A DNA stretch of 64,000 nt from assembly GCA_040954595.2 (NCBI GenBank), contig CM082595.2, positions 7,794,317 to 7,858,316 of the forward strand. The letters run 5' to 3'. Below, piece after piece: positions 12,501 through 28,242 of the stretch (the stretch's first letter is position 1; every line of letters begins with the position of its first letter). The notes under the pieces are model-generated. The model searched no databases. It had not been told where the DNA came from and saw nothing but the letters and a program-made list of their open reading frames with translations. The position numbers were made by a program, and so were the translations under genes. This DNA comes from Balanoglossus misakiensis (Eukaryota; Animalia; Hemichordata).

Positions 12501-14909
12501 ACTACATGTCCCGCTTCGGTGATTTCTGTCTTTCCTGTTTTATGGATATCAAAACGTGATAAAGCTGAACCACACAGCAATGCGCACTGCAAATGACAAC
12601 TGTACTGGTCTGACCTTTTCACCGCGCTATATACTGACCTAAAGATGGACTCTTTTAACAGCGCTATCTCCAAGATTTATCAGTGCCTCCAAGCCTAACC
12701 TATAGGGATGTGAAGCTATTACCGCATTCATATAATGAAATTAGCGAGAAGGGCAACAGAAAATCCTCCAGTTTTGGAAAATGCCGCAAGTGATAGGAAA
12801 GTAATGTGGTTTTTAAGTGCTACCTCTAAGAGACGAGCTCCTTATTTATAGATTTTCGCATTGAACACCTCTAGCAAACAAATGAGCAATGGTATCCTTC
12901 GGAAATCTAGACTAATTCGGAGATATTTAAATTATTTCCTTACCTTTTTTCTTGAATAGAGATTATGATCAATTGCATATATGCAAAGGAAGGTCAAAAT
13001 GTACAACACAAGTTACAGTCGAACTGTGCGGATGCGAGTTTTAGCAACACATTTAAATAAAAGGTGTACGATCACTGGATGATTTACAATGGAAAGTTTA
13101 ATTCTGGGTTGTTCTCAGTATTTTATTTTCCTTCCATTGAATTGACAATGTCACTAACATACAATTATGTTGTGTGGTGTTGGTAGATTCTTTTGATATT
13201 ACTGAAACATGGTGATTGACTGGTTGTCGCTGTTCAACTCACAACCCATACAAGCACACGAATACTTCCGCCATTATATTTCGGTCAGTGCCAACATTAT
13301 ATTGAGCTATCATCCATGTGCATGGTTTAAGTTGAATTATAACAACTAGCCGTTTAGCATTTTCCAGCGAGTAAAACAACATCCATAGCCCGTAAGATGA
13401 GATTAAAATAACAAAACTAATGTCCAAAACTGGTGACTTTGTCCCTTTAATGTTTTGGGGTGAGAAAACGAGGTGCCCTTTCACCGTTTGGTACCGATCT
13501 CGACTTGCAATTATTGCGAGTTTGTTTACGAAGAGAAATTTCATTGACAACATGAGTTGACTAAATGCCATAGGCGACTTTAATTACCACATTTCGCCTC
13601 AAAAGTATCTCCTTTAAACACGTGCACATCAACGATAGTGTGAAATGTTTATGTACAACCACATATTATATATGGTACTATTCTCTCATACACGGGTAGG
13701 CTTTCACACAGCGTTCCATTCCTAGCGTAGTGAACGTCTACGATCAGGTATTACAGGGTGGTGATATAGGGAGACAGATTTTAAAGTCTCACAATGTATC
13801 ATATACCTTTCGTCTCTTTACGAACATTACAATTTAGGAATTCGTGGCTGCATTAATAATCGATACTGTCTGAGCAACATTTTGGAAATCCGGGTAAATG
13901 AGACTGTATCGCCTTTTTTAAAATACACAAAAGAATGATCCCCAGGCTGGTAAACAATTAATGGGCAATTTACTATTGACAGTAATATTTATGCCCTACT
14001 TTTCTTTGATCGATACTGTGTGGCACACCAATATTTAAGCACGAAGATATTACTAAGGTTTATATTTGCGCTGGCGGCCTGCTTGAATTCTTGCCCTGAT
14101 CAGTTACAATGTCGTTTAAACTGCGTTTCTCAAACATCCCCAGTATTATCTGTTAGAAATCAGCTGTAATACTCAAATCATCTCTTCAACCAAGTGTGTA
14201 CGAATCCCTGAATCCTTTAACTAACGTCTCTTTTAGTGCTGCTTTAGTGGGTGATTACTGCAAGCATCGCAGCAGTCCAGTTAATCGCAGACAGTACTCG
14301 TTGCTATGGAAACGGAACATATCTACATGCTAATTTTGCTAACGTTTGACACAGAATACACAAGCCTGTCAATAAATAGTCAAGATATTTTTAAACCTTA
14401 TCAAAAATGGTTCAAAGATCGGTATTGCCTGCGCCTGGGTCACTGATATCGTTTACAATGAAGTGCGTGTGCGTGACATATAGCTTAGTTATGAGCTAAT
14501 TTTATAGCTAAAGTGTTTTCTTAATTATATACAACTGCCCGCTGTATATGCACTTCTTTGTACACGGTTTTATCGGAGAATTCGCGAATGCTTTGCGTTG
14601 GCAAGCAAACAGGGCAGTATAGAAAAGAACGTTTATGATTTACTGGGGTATTAATTTACTTTAGGACTTTCCTAATGAAATAAGGGTTTATGAAGCGGCT
14701 ACGGATTATGCCCTAGGTGTTATCTCTATTGAATTATTCGCTGAATGAACTGGAAATTAAGTTATTAAATCGAAAGATATGACATGACTTGCAACAGCTG
14801 TGGTTATTTTATTGGTTATATCTAGTCAGTGTGCAATGCATCCTGAAATATCCTATGGTCGCACGTAATCTCAAACGAAGTCATTGAAAACCAAATATCG
14901 AATATGTAG

Positions 14910-16539
14910 AAAAGTATATCGGCCTTTAGGATTTAAACTCATCACAGCATTCTCTACAAAAAATATTGTGCAAATAAATATGATAAAGACAATGACACTA
15001 TCTTTTCGTGTGTTCTAAAAAGAAAAAAAAAGATATTTTAATAGTATTTAGAGTATAATAAAAATTAATTTGTCACAAAATCACAGAAGTAATACATTCT
15101 AAAGTATTGCTAGGCAACGATTTTAATATTTAATATCGCAGCATTCTAAAGGTAAAACTGGTTCATCGACGCCAGGAGGATAGGGTATTTTCACAAATCG
15201 GCCACGGTTTCGGATTTCTGTACCGGAGCCACACAAAAGAAACGTCCAACATGGTAAGAAAAACAGAAGACAGAATGCTAGAAATGCCAGTGACGTCATT
15301 GCTCAGGCCCTGTTATGGTGTACGCAAAATGACCACAATGACACAGAGTATAAAACATTACCACAGATCAGTTGTTGTATTTAATTAATGCGAGTCAGAA
15401 ACAGTTCTGGTCGTACAGTAGTGTGTACATCATGGTATCGGGTGCATGCTCGCTGGGATTAGCGGGCGGACACTCTAGTGCATTAAGCGCATTGTATCAG
15501 TGTTGAACTTACGGGGCACGATACAAACCTCTCCTTTGTATCTGATATTTTTCGGTATGTGTGTGTTTGTCTGTTAACACGATACCACAAGACAGCTGAG
15601 CGGATTGAGTTGAATTTTGGCACATGCATAGTTTTAAAATGGTTATAGTTTTTATTGCCATGGACGTGGTTTGCAGATTTCTCCAATTGTCAACAATCAA
15701 ACTGTTTCTAATTGTAGTTGTAATTGTAAAAGTATATCGGCCTTTAGGATTTAAACTCATCACAGCATTCTCTACAAAAAATATTGTGCAAATAAATATG
15801 ATAAAGACAATGACACTATCTTTTCGTGTGTTCTAAAAAGAAAAAAAAAGATATTTTAATAGTATTTAGAGTATAATAAAAATTAATTTGTCACAAAATC
15901 ACAGAAGTAATACATTCTAAAGTATTGCTAGGCAACGATTTTAATATTTAATATCGCAGCATTCTAAAGGTAAAACTGGTTCATCGACGCCAGGAGGATA
16001 GGGTATTTTCACAAATCGGCCACGGTTTCGGATTTCTGTACCGGAGCCACACAAAAGAAACGTCCAACATGGTAAGAAAAACAGAAGACAGAATGCTAGA
16101 AATGCCAGTGACGTCATTGCTCAGGCCCTGTTATGGTGTACGCAAAATGACCACAATGACACAGAGTATAAAACATTACCACAGATCAGTTGTTGTATTT
16201 AATTAATGCGAGTCAGAAACAGTTCTGGTCGTACAGTAGTGTGTACATCATGGTATCGGGTGCATGCTCGCTGGGATTAGCGGGCGGACACTCTAGTGCA
16301 TTAAGCGCATTGTATCAGTGTTGAACTTACGGGGCACGATACAAACCTCTCCTTTGTATCTGATATTTTTCGGTATGTGTGTGTTTGTCTGTTAACACGA
16401 TACCACAAGACAGCTGAGCGGATTGAGTTGAATTTTGGCACATGCATAGTTTTAAAATGGTTATAGTTTTTATTGCCATGGACGTGGTTTGCAGATTTCT
16501 CCAATTGTCAACAATCAAACTGTTTCTAATTGTAATTGT
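14910..16539. repeat. Head-to-tail tandem duplication of an 818-bp unit
   Basis: 14910-15727 is repeated at 15728-~16539. The ORF track shows identical peptides at 15483 and 16301 (offset 818). Confidence 0.95.
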
Positions 16540-17540
16540 ATGCAGTTTGACTGGTCTGATACAAGGTGCTCAATACTAAAATTATATGATATTATGAGAG
16601 CTTGAGAAACGATTAGTGGTATACATTAGTGCAATTATTTACGTTTGTGAAAGTTATGGACTGAAATGTATATTTTATGGAACAAAATCGTCTATTGAGC
16701 ACTCTAGCACATTTTCGGTGTCTCCTACAGCTTACTTAAGGAACACATACGTTTTCAAACAATAACACACACACTCGTCATATGTACATCCTATTCAGGA
16801 CTGAGTCTTGTGGATTGTCCCAAGTAGCTCTCTCCTTACGAGTATGTGATGGTTTCTATAATGATATGTCAAGAGCATGTATCTGGTTTTTCCATACTCA
16901 ATAGAAGACCTATTTTTGCATGAGTTTTACCAATCCTTTGTAAGCTACAAAGTCAAGATTATCAAAAATATAGATCGTTCTGTTGTCAGGAATGAAAAAA
17001 AGACGGAAAAAGACAAGCACTGTTCCCGACATAGCGAACGATTGGACACACACCACACAAAAAACTTTTTTTTATAGGATTTCATTTTATGCGCTGACAC
17101 TGAAATTAATTCGTGGGAACTACGGGAGATATAGTTTAAAATATACATCCAAATGGCACATTTCTAAGCATTAATTTGATGTTTAATGATCATAAAACCC
17201 TAAATATGTTGCACCATAACGGTTTGTAGAAGTTAATGTTAAATTTGTGTTGTACGTAGCCACCGTATTTAGAGTCTACGTCCTGTCACAGTATGAAAAC
17301 TTGATGATAAACACTTAGATAAAAGGATCGAGTTAAAACGCATGTTGTGAAATTTTAGGTTACATCAAACGTTTATCCTCTGCCAAAACGTGTCGTTATT
17401 TTATGAAAATAAATGTGTTGATAGCGTTTATGGAATAGGGAGTGATGTTATATTCACTCGTGAAACATTGTATGTGGAGTAAATTGAATGCGCAAAAACA
17501 ACTTCAAGAAAAAAAGGGTGTTGATACTATCTACTATCCT

Positions 17541-17592
17541 AGACAGACAGACAGACAGGAAAACAGGCAGGCAGGCATGATTACAGACAGAT
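17541..17592. repeat. (CAGA)n/(CAGG)n microsatellite
   Basis: Direct reading. Confidence 0.75.
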
Positions 17593-20500
17593 AGAGTTAG
17601 AGACAAACAGTGAAATCTGCAGAAGGCTTTTAATAGCATTAGAAAGACTGCGGAGAACATTTATGCCGACTTTTTGTGTAATCAGATCGCCTTGATCGCC
17701 TTGTATTAAAATAGACGAAATGTTCTGCTTCGACGTGTTAATGGTATTTGATCACTGATTTCTATAGACCTGAATTATTTCAATACCGCTGAAATTCAAC
17801 AATAGCCCGATGTTTTCTGCACGGACTTCCCCTTTGAGGGCTTTGAAATCCATGTGTCTCACAAGACAGCATGCCCTTGTTCCGAACGGTCACAATATAC
17901 TTGGAAAGTTCCTGGTATGTTGGTGTTCTGGGTGTCTTTGTCGTCAGTACAATCACCATACTTGAAGAATGAATTTAAATGTCAATGGATATGAACATCT
18001 GCTGCGGTGATTGGAGCGATCGAAACTTGGCTCCCGTATGTCTAGGGTTTCTTATTCAATACCTTGAAGGTAGTGACGTCAGCGAGGAAATACAGAACAC
18101 CGATTTTTCTCTGATGTTCGGCAGATTCCATTTACTATGCAAATTTTCTAATTAGTTCTTGACAATATTGCTTACATGCACCGTAATTCAAAATATTTAT
18201 ATATTACAATGCTGCTTGTTCAGTATATCTGCACAGACATTAAACCAACGGTTACGTTTCATATCCATGTGGGAGGTCATTTTACAGAAAAGAAAAAATG
18301 ATTGACAGAATAATAACTAATGTATGGCGTCAAATAAGTCAAGTATAGCGTAGAATACACATGGAATTTCTCAAAATTTCACCTCGTTACGAAGTCCGAC
18401 AATAAACCCCTGTTATTGAGTATAATCTCATCTGTGTGGTTTAAGGAACATTCTTTTGCATGAAGTAGTCCTCAAAACGTTACAAATGTGACTCTATTAT
18501 CTGTGTCCCACGAAGCTTTTCTCCCATTTTCCTTCCATTAAAATATAAGGGCTATTGACAAATGGCAACTGAGAGTTAGCCTGGGGGTGAAGATTCCAAT
18601 TAAAAATATTGGGTTTTGTCGGGAATACTGCATCTGTGTTGGATAGCGAATCTCTTCATCTGGCCGTGTTCAGTAAAACCCATCCATTGATGACACCATA
18701 CTTAGAAAAAATACATAGAAAAAGTGACAAATAAAGAATGATGTGACAGCAGCCAGTCAAAGCTTCTGCATTCAGGATCTTCTCACACCTTTTGCACTAA
18801 TATAGCGATGCCTTATTTGTCGTTGTGTGAATAAATTCAAAAATCGTTCTGTCGCAGGTATATAACTAAACAATCCGATGACTTGGGTTTTCAAAGCCTG
18901 TCTTGCTTCCAATCCCTAGAAGCACAAATTGGCGACGTTTTGATACCTTTTTTCAAGCCACACAAGAGCAAGAATACAAATGAAACTGAACAAACAACAA
19001 CTACTGCACATGTGCATTCGTACACAAAGGACGAAAACATACATTACACACAAAGGACTAGAACAATACTACAGAGGAGTGGCGATTACAAGTGGTGGGC
19101 AAAAAGTAAATTAATCTGGAATTGCAGTTGGTTCATATTCATTGAATCCCTTTGGATGGATTTTAGATCCAGAGACTTTCCAACTATTTCATCATTTGGA
19201 CATTAGTGTTTAATTGGTATACGACAAAGTATACGTTTTTCCTATTTATACGTTGCAGTGTAATTTGCACATCGTAAATTACAGTTCCCACTTGACCGTG
19301 TTAAGCCTTTGCTAAAGCGGGATAACTGTTCAGGGGTACTTTAGAAATCAATGCATAGACTGAGCTTAGTTAGAGCGGAAATACAGTGATAAGCTTCTAA
19401 AAGTTGAAAGCGAGTGACTCTAAGAGGGTTAGACAAATCCGTACAGCCATGTAATCAGCAATGTTGAATGTAAGATCGGACCTTTCATCGTCAGTCGATG
19501 TCTTGAAAGCAGGCATTAAATGGTATTGATTTTATTTCATTAAAATATGGTATTTCAGCGTTTGTGTGGAATATCGAACAGCATGAAGCCATCAACTTGT
19601 GATCTCTGACATATCAATTCAATATGTTTAATCTCATTAAAGCATTTGGTTAACGATATTAAGAGGGTTGTTTATTCAACGTTCATTTTTATCTCTCCAA
19701 AGCTTACTCCATTTGGTATTTTCTTTCAACAATCATTTTATAATGCGAGGGCATAACAGATGCGTTCTAGATATTATAACATCAACTTGAAGGTAGGCAA
19801 GCAACATCATATGCGATATACTTCAGCCTAAGAAATATTTCGATGTAGCCGTTAGGTAAAATAACATACAAGATTGTATTGCTAAATAATGATCGATCAT
19901 TGCGAAGAGATTTCATTTAGATATCGGCCATAGCCTCAGCCAGGGATGCTACCATTAGTGTTGTGCCACAACTAAGCCACTTTTAGTTTGTAACAACTCA
20001 GCCAGCGAAGGAAACAATGTGATGACCTAATTCCAATTTGTGCAAAGCATGGTGAACCCGGTGTCTTGAGCGGATTTCCTATCTGACTTTTGTATGTAAA
20101 TAATGAATGGAAATTATAGAATGTTCTTGTTGCTATGTTAGAAGATGTCGCACTATATACATGATAATGACTACGGGTCTTCGTAAAATGAAAACACCCA
20201 TGCAAAGCAGTAACTGCAAACAATACCTGGCCTTATTGATGGCAATTGTGACCACAAAGTACACATGTCATTGTTCTTTTGATAGAAAGATGTTGATAAT
20301 ACTATCACGCACTGAATATAGACATTTGTCAAACTGTTGCAGTATACATTTTCAATCAAGTGATTGAGATGATGTACACAAAACACCACAAATGTTTAAT
20401 GTTGAGTGTCAAATCAATATGTGGTTGTGTGTTACATTCACTTTTTTATTTCTGTTACACACATTTGGCAAGTCCTAATTAATCTAAAATCCTAAATCAT

Positions 20501-20699
20501 TCGATCTTTTCCCTGATTTTATACCTATATTTAGAGTTCCAAAATTTAAATGTTATATGTTAAAGATAAAACATCAAGAACACTGTGTTCTTATTTGAAT
20601 AAAATGTTATCAGTTATATTTGAGCTGATACTGATCAATTTCCAATGCAAAACGCAAAGATACATTTACCATAACATACATATTTTATGAGAAAACAGA

Positions 20700-21380
20700 T
20701 GACAAAGACCCTATAAACCAACACTTAACAAAAGGGCCAGGCCATTTCTGTGAAACAGGTATTTGAAACTCCCAAACACAGTCTTGTTTTTACTGTACCT
20801 ATGGCACACTGTAATGAGGCAACTCCTGGGCCATAGCAAACAAAAGGGCAAAGCACTCAGACAAATTGTTTCTGAGAAATGGTTTTTAACCCCCAAAAAG
20901 GCAAAATTATCAAACAATTGTAATACTGATAGTGTCGCATAAGTTTGGCACACTATAACATAGGACCCCAATGACACTGCCATCTAAATTTTAAGTTTTG
21001 TCTGCGAAACTTGGTTTTTAAACAAATGTTCCCCTTCTAATATCACTATTGATATTTCACTATAAATGCAGCACATTATCATGAAGATACCTTGCAAATC
21101 AAACCAATCAGTAATTGTCCCAGCGGATTCTGAGAAATTGTGTTTTTGACAAAAAAGTTAGAAATTGTCGCAAAGTACAATACTGACTTATTCACCATAT
21201 TTTTGTCATATTAGATGAAAGACACCTCTAGGACCTTACAAATCATATTTGAGAGTAATAAGCAATTTTTCAGAAACTCAATTTTTGACCCACGTTTCCC
21301 CAAAATCTAATAATAACATATCCAGCATAACTGTGGCACATCATCATGAAGACACTCTAGGACCCTACAAACAATTTGAC
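20700..21380. repeat. Degenerate interspersed repeat with internal ~120-bp periodic units (possibly Helentron-associated)
   Basis: Recurring ttctgagaaat..tttt, atgaagatac/atgaagacac and aggacc motifs. Confidence 0.35.
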
Positions 21381-22531
21381 AAATCACAGTAGAAAAGACG
21401 GAGCAGTATTATTGGTGATATTGTTCTGTACATTCGTCTTAAACCAGTACAGGTCCAACAATAATCAATTTATGCATCTTCCATTTACCAATAAAGGAAT
21501 TAATGTTATGGATATACTACACAACAAAAATAATATTGGATATGTCAGTATAGTCCAAGAACCAGTATGTTCCTTTTCTGTCATAATGTCTAATTCAAAC
21601 ATGTAAATACAAAAAGGCATTCCAGTATTTAAACAAGACGAATCCGTTCAAACATCACCAACTTCTAAGTGCTATGTAATACCTTTCATGTAAGAGCCCC
21701 TGCAGGCCGTATGATCACTTGCAATCTCAACTTCGTTAACAGTACAATTTCCACATACCTAATGTTTACACCCCTCCAAATGTTAGTTGCATGTGCCACT
21801 TGCCTGTTATAAACTAGATATTGTAAGCCATCCAACGTTTGCTCTTGTCCAGCACACACAAAAACACTTACTGGTGTAACACGCACCCACCATTATCTAT
21901 GCATATGCCATAAGGGACTTCAAAACCATTACTAGACTGGAATTCTCTCCAACAACGGTGTTGTTTAGTGACCAAGTTGAAATGATTATCGAGAATCAGG
22001 CCTTTTTATCTCAGATCAAATAATTAATTAATTAATTAATTACACCATTTTCATAAATTCATGAATTTGAACTCAAACCGAGGCCAATTGGGAAATCCCC
22101 TTGATGTGATTGGTCAACTCTTCCCATTGCTTTGCGTTCAAATTCATGGTGGCTCCATGAGGGCGCTAGACTTATGACAAGAGTGAATGTATCAATAGAA
22201 ACTGTCAATCATGTATGTGTTGGCAATTTCTAAAGATAATTAAGCAAAATGAAACTATTGTTGAAGCTTTATCATATCAACACTGCTCGGGATAATATCC
22301 CTAAAACGTGCACTATCGTACATTTTGTGACTCAACTTTGTAACACATGTTGTGTAAAAATGGGTAGGATTTTCACTTTTCTATTTATTGTGTAAGGATT
22401 ACTTCATTTTCCCCAACTTAAATGCTTAAATGTGGTGTCACTTTTACTGCGAAACAAGACTTTTTTGCAATGTTTATATGTTATGATTTTCCTTAGGAAC
22501 TACAACGTGGACTAATGCCCCTGCTTATTAA

Positions 22532-22712
22532 AGGGACAAAGTCTCTCTCTTGCTGCCCCTTTTCCAGTAATTATGTTTGATACAAGACACTGTTTATGTT
22601 AGTGTACATGTGGATATATGGTGAATCAACGTTTGACCACACACAACTTCCATCCCGCTTGTAGACGCGAGAGTGAAAAACTCGCCAAATGAATAATCAA
22701 TCGGTCTCTACC
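22532..22712. mobile_element. Palindromic TTAA MITE, half copy (left arm only)
   Basis: ttaa|agggacaaagtctctctct..., with homology ending near the palindrome centre (cggtctctacc). Confidence 0.85.
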
Positions 22713-25700
22713 ATTTGTTAGTTATAAGTTGTTACTCTCTTGTCATACAACCCTGGCTTGATAGTGTATAAGTGTGTAAAGTTAAGTTCAAGTCTGGAGT
22801 GGTACCCCTGGTCTAAAGTGTGACTCGGGGAATGATGACTAAAATAACTCTCTGGGAGTATCTCTGGTCTGGTACATCAACACTTTTCAAAATAATTGTG
22901 CAAGTCAATGAAGATGGTGACTGTGGCGTTTGCTGTGCTCAGTCCCGACGTAGACGACTGGTTTCATCAATATGCCTGTACGAGGGTTATTAGCAAATAT
23001 ATTTTAATTTCAAAATTCCATTACTTTAATTTTTCCAAAAATGATTCTTTTGTCTAGTCGTTTATAATTCACGTAACACCTCACCAAGGACATATCAGCA
23101 TACAAGGTATCTGTTTCTGAAAATTAGTGTTAAACTTCGAGCCAGTTTAAACTACTTCGAGTTTCTCCGTGGCCCTGTGATAAATATGTTTTCTGTGATA
23201 AAGAGAAACATATATGCTGCGTGATAGTCTATCATATTTGGTAAAAATGTAATATATCCTTTCGTGCTTCCATTAAATGTAAAAACGATCCGTTGAATCC
23301 GACATTTTGATTTATTATTGTTTAATCACAGTATAATATTTTCAAATTTTCTTTTAGCTTGAAATTTATCTAAGCTGGTTGAAAAATCCATAACATTGAG
23401 TAGCAGTTATAAATCAGGATTGAACGTATTCCGCTGCTTCAATTATAGGCGAAAAATTTAAGTGAAAATATTAGAATATTGTATAGAAATTGAACAAAAA
23501 TAAAGACAAATTATAGTCGGGAAATAAAATCATTAATCTAATGCAAAAAGTGGCAACTCTAGAGGCTTTAATGTGTACAGTAATTTCGTATCGTTGATGA
23601 GTTTGCCAACTGCAAGAACGTGGCCCGCAAGCATCTCTGGAGACCCTCGTCTTACACATAACTGTTTGATGCTTCATTGAAAAACTGGAGATGAAGGACC
23701 ATAGAGCTCGTAATAAATATAGTTGTTTCTCTATTCCTAAGAATTGGCACCATACGTAGGCAATCTACAAAGCAATGTACAAACAATCATACAGAGGATA
23801 CCGAAGAACGTTTGAGTTAATTTGTTGGAAAATAATCCACCATACACGTTTCCCCTTGTCACAGGGGACGTTTATGTTTTCCCTTGACACAAAAAGCCAA
23901 CGTTATTTGAAATTTGCTCTAAAATAGCATTTTCTAAACCTTTCTGTCAAGCTTCTTGTCTCCTGAACGAAAACGATCAGATCAACCGAAGCCCTCCTCC
24001 AATAATGTCGCAAAATATTTGTTCATAAAACGTGTCTCAGATTTTTTTCTAACTTTCGTAATAAGAACCGATCTTTCAAAACTAAAACGGCTATTTGAAA
24101 AAAAAAACTACCCAGTCTTTTCTTAATTATAAGACAACAATACAGTCAAGTTTTACATTGCTTTGATAAAATAACCATCTACTATGTAGGGAGACAGTTA
24201 TGTTTTTTCCAGTAAACTTTACTAAATCATTCCTTTGTAGGATGCAAAACACATAACACTTCCGGTGTTCACATTGTGATGATATGGAAACAAAATTATT
24301 TTATAGAAAGAAGTTCGCCTTAAATTGCTAATATTGTACAGGGTTGAGTACTTGAGGTCATGCAGCGGGTTAAGATTAAGCCTAGACTCAAAAAGTTGTA
24401 AATTGTTCAAAAAATCAGTCACTGGGCAAAGGGTTTGTGTTTTTCCTCTTGTAAGGATGTCTGGCTGAGATGACAACTTCTGCATTTTGTCATTTGTTTC
24501 AAATGTTGAAGTTAATTAATGAGTTAATTGGGGTTGATGGCGGAAGGTACGCGTATATACTGGTGTTGCTGAATAATTGCGATAACAGTTCCACTACGCC
24601 CGTGGTTGATAGGTCTTGGCTCTCAGCTTTACAATGCTGATTATGTAGTTTGTACCATGGACGTAATAAGAGATGTTTGTACAATGACGAACACCAATAT
24701 CGAACCGCTGGGTCTGACAGTGACATGATCCGTACTGCGCACATACAAACAATGATGTGTGGTCCGTGCATTGTCGGGGAAGGCAACCAGTGATACAGAT
24801 CACACGTCATTGCAATTGTAAGTTCACTCATATCGGGGGGGGGGGGGGTGATGATGGTGGCCAAGCTTTGTTAAAAATAACAGTCAAATACAAATTCCAT
24901 AACGAAGGTTGCGAAAAAAATGGTGGAAGCAATGTTATATGCTCCGGTATGTACAGATAGGTTCAACACTTGTGTTCTCTGCGGTGCCGATGTAGCCTGT
25001 ATATTTACTGCCACATTCGTTTGTATTCACGTTTGCATCCATGTTAGTTTATTGTATTTTCAGGGTAATGAAACATTGTATCTCACCGAACAACAAGACA
25101 TACTTGGGTAATGGCGTTCATATGCTAATTTTTTTAATCAAATGACGATATAAAGTAGTAATGCTTTTTGTCAGAGGTTCCACAAACCTGTAAAATTGCA
25201 GCGAGTAGTCACGTGACCTCAGGTACACTTCGGTTTTGTCACAATATATTACAAACCTTCGCATGCGTATGATGTCTGTGTCATTGAACGTCTGCGGGGC
25301 ATCACTGTACACGCACACCTTCTGGCCATGAGGGATGTACCACCCGCATGTTATCTCGAACGACTTGTGCGTCATCAGTTATATTTGCCTTTTCCCGAGG
25401 TCATATGCTGAGAGAAATGGCATGTAGGCCTACTTCTTGTAAGAAAAAAAAACATGAGAGTGTCACAAACGGGTACATAACGCCTGAAACAGGTCGGGTA
25501 ATATGCGTGTTATGGCATATATGCACTTTATACTTATACTTCTACAATGGCAAATCACCGACTTGAACACAGGTAGCTGAGAAGTACTTCGCCAGGCCTA
25601 TAACCAGGCCCAAGTTCTATTAAAAATAAAGTAATAACATCACAACTTGGAGATTTGTCAATGTAAGGATACTGTAGTTATTTTTATCTTCGCCAGGAAG

Positions 25701-28242
25701 ACTATAACCACCTTTTAAAAGCAAGCGTTCATGCAGACACTTATGAAACAAGACAGCAATCTAGTGTTTATGGTACTCGTTTAATGTCTCGTCTGTGAAA
25801 AACATTATACTGCTTTTTCAGCATGAAATCAGTGTACTTGCAGAAGGGAACATATTTCAGGTGCCACTTACGTCTGTGTGTTTACACAGATCATTTAGAG
25901 AGCAACGTCATTTCAACCTCTTCATTATGTGCTTAGACTATGTATGTGAGAGCGTCGAATGGTTTATTAGCATTCCAGTCAAAAAAAGTAAACAACGGTC
26001 ACATGTTAAATTTCCAGAGATCTTGCATGCGTATTAACAGTATACGACTACAGTACGCTTGAGGTCACGAGAGCAGTTGTGACTGTGTTAGCATCCCTTT
26101 GTTCGTATGGAAACTCAATAAGTATTCATTGTTGTATTTGCTATGAATGTCATGAAAGACTATCGTACGTTTTGCAATCTATGTGAGATGACTTGTATTT
26201 TGTGTTCCCAGAACTCCAGAAGACATCATTATGTCGTGATGCTGTCACCCCTATCATAGTGTGATCTGTCGCCAGCTCTGTGGGACCCCTAATGTGGTCT
26301 TTGGCCCTTACAGATATGCAAAGTGAAATGTGTTCTATGTTCCCACAACTCTGAACGGCATTATATGTATATGCGCATGTAATGCGGACTCTGTCCTCAC
26401 AGCTGTTGCAGAAGGTAGCGATTGTAACCGCATTTATTGTTGCCGTTTTCTAAAAAGTCAGAATCTTTATCGATTAGAGAGACTGCAGAGTATACAACCA
26501 GTGGATTTACACGTTAATGTTTTTTTCTGTCTAGTGTAAGGAGCACGACTCGATATTCACCAACATTTCCTGCCACTTTGCACCACGATGTATCAAAGCC
26601 ACGCAATATTGTTAAACCGTACTGTTGCTAATTTCAAAATAATGAGCTCAAATGCCAGACGCACTATCTTCTGTTTCCATGACAATCCCTGTGGTTGCTT
26701 GGAAATGAAATTATAGAAATCTAGCAATTAACTAACTCTATTTGCCCTATAATGCAGCCGCTGATAGATGATGGTAAGAAGCGCTAAATTGTTAACGAAA
26801 TGAGCTGGCTGGCGACCTTCCCTATTTTGACACACAGACTATGTCTATTATATGATTTAATCATGGACAAATAAATGTTGGATATACAGCTGGCCGTGAT
26901 AATACTTGCCAGATATACAGTACAGCAAAATACGATGAGCCATGTCAGTGAGCTTTCTTTAATAAACATCGCTGACCCGAGTAATCGCTTGTAGTCAATA
27001 CATTCAGTTATTATCATCTGAAGTGCCACTATGTTTGTATTATTGCAATTCTCGTATATTCGAAGTACGAAGGATTACTCTCTTAAGAACGATGGATTAA
27101 TTCTAAAATGACAGAACATGATTTCTGTGACGTGTACATTTGACAGACAGTAAAGATATTAGCGCGTGACGTCGAAAGATTCATTTTAGAATATGTTGTT
27201 ATCGGCCTTTGTGACTAGCTTGTCAGATAGATATAGCATGTTGATATAACGCTGTTCTGATATATTCTGCAGTATTTATTTATAGACAGCTGTCATTACA
27301 AAAGGAGAAAAAGCATACGATGTTCAGGTAGTGATGTTTTATAATAAAATCATAAATACAATCATTCAGTTCTGAGCTCAAGATATTCTTCTGATAAATC
27401 GGTGAATGTGTAGATATAACAAATGGTTTCATTACAGTTGGAGGGAAAATGTCGGGAATAATCTATCGATTTAGATTCGTACCACAAATACGGTGCTCGT
27501 AAAGAAACCGGTATGTCACGTATTCGTGCATGGCTAATTTTAATTTTAATATTGATGATTTTGCGTGCAATTTTCAGTATCGTTTGTGTACAGAAATTAC
27601 AATCACCGTATTCATGTGCATATAATAAAGGTATATATTTAGCTACATTTACCCACATTTTAAATATATTCACACATTCCCTACAACGTTTACGTTTCCT
27701 ACCACATTGAATGGTGAAATTAGTTGTCATGTCATACCTATCGTTTCGATTACAAGGACAAGATTTGGAAAATGAAATATGTATAATGGGAATGATATAC
27801 TGGGCGAGTCGTGTTTTTGGAAAATAATAGAACTTATCTGGTATTACCGAGATAATCTCTAAAGTAAATATTGAAGACTTCAATATGTTTATTGCGAAAC
27901 AGCATTGCGAACAGAATTCGTAATATTTCGGTCAAGTAACAAAAAAGCTTTGGTGACTATATTTCACATGGCAATGCCTTGACTTACTGAATGAGGCCGT
28001 CTCAGAAAAGACCAACTGACCCGTCTTGTGCTGAGAATAATATAAGGGCTTTGATGCTGAAAATAAGAAACTATATGTGCAATTGTATGATAGAATCTAT
28101 ACCTGCTTTAACACCCTTATAAACATCATATTCCATGACCCTTTTGATTCCTAGTAACGGGAAAAACTTCATAACAGGAAAAGATTCATAACATCATACG
28201 TTAGTATTTGTACTATTTCTTTTTGTGTCAGCATAGACTTAC

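Noticed and set aside
27362-27883. 173-aa ORF inside intron 1
   Set aside because: Non-ATG start, AT-rich composition, no recognisable domain or splice context; likely a chance ORF.
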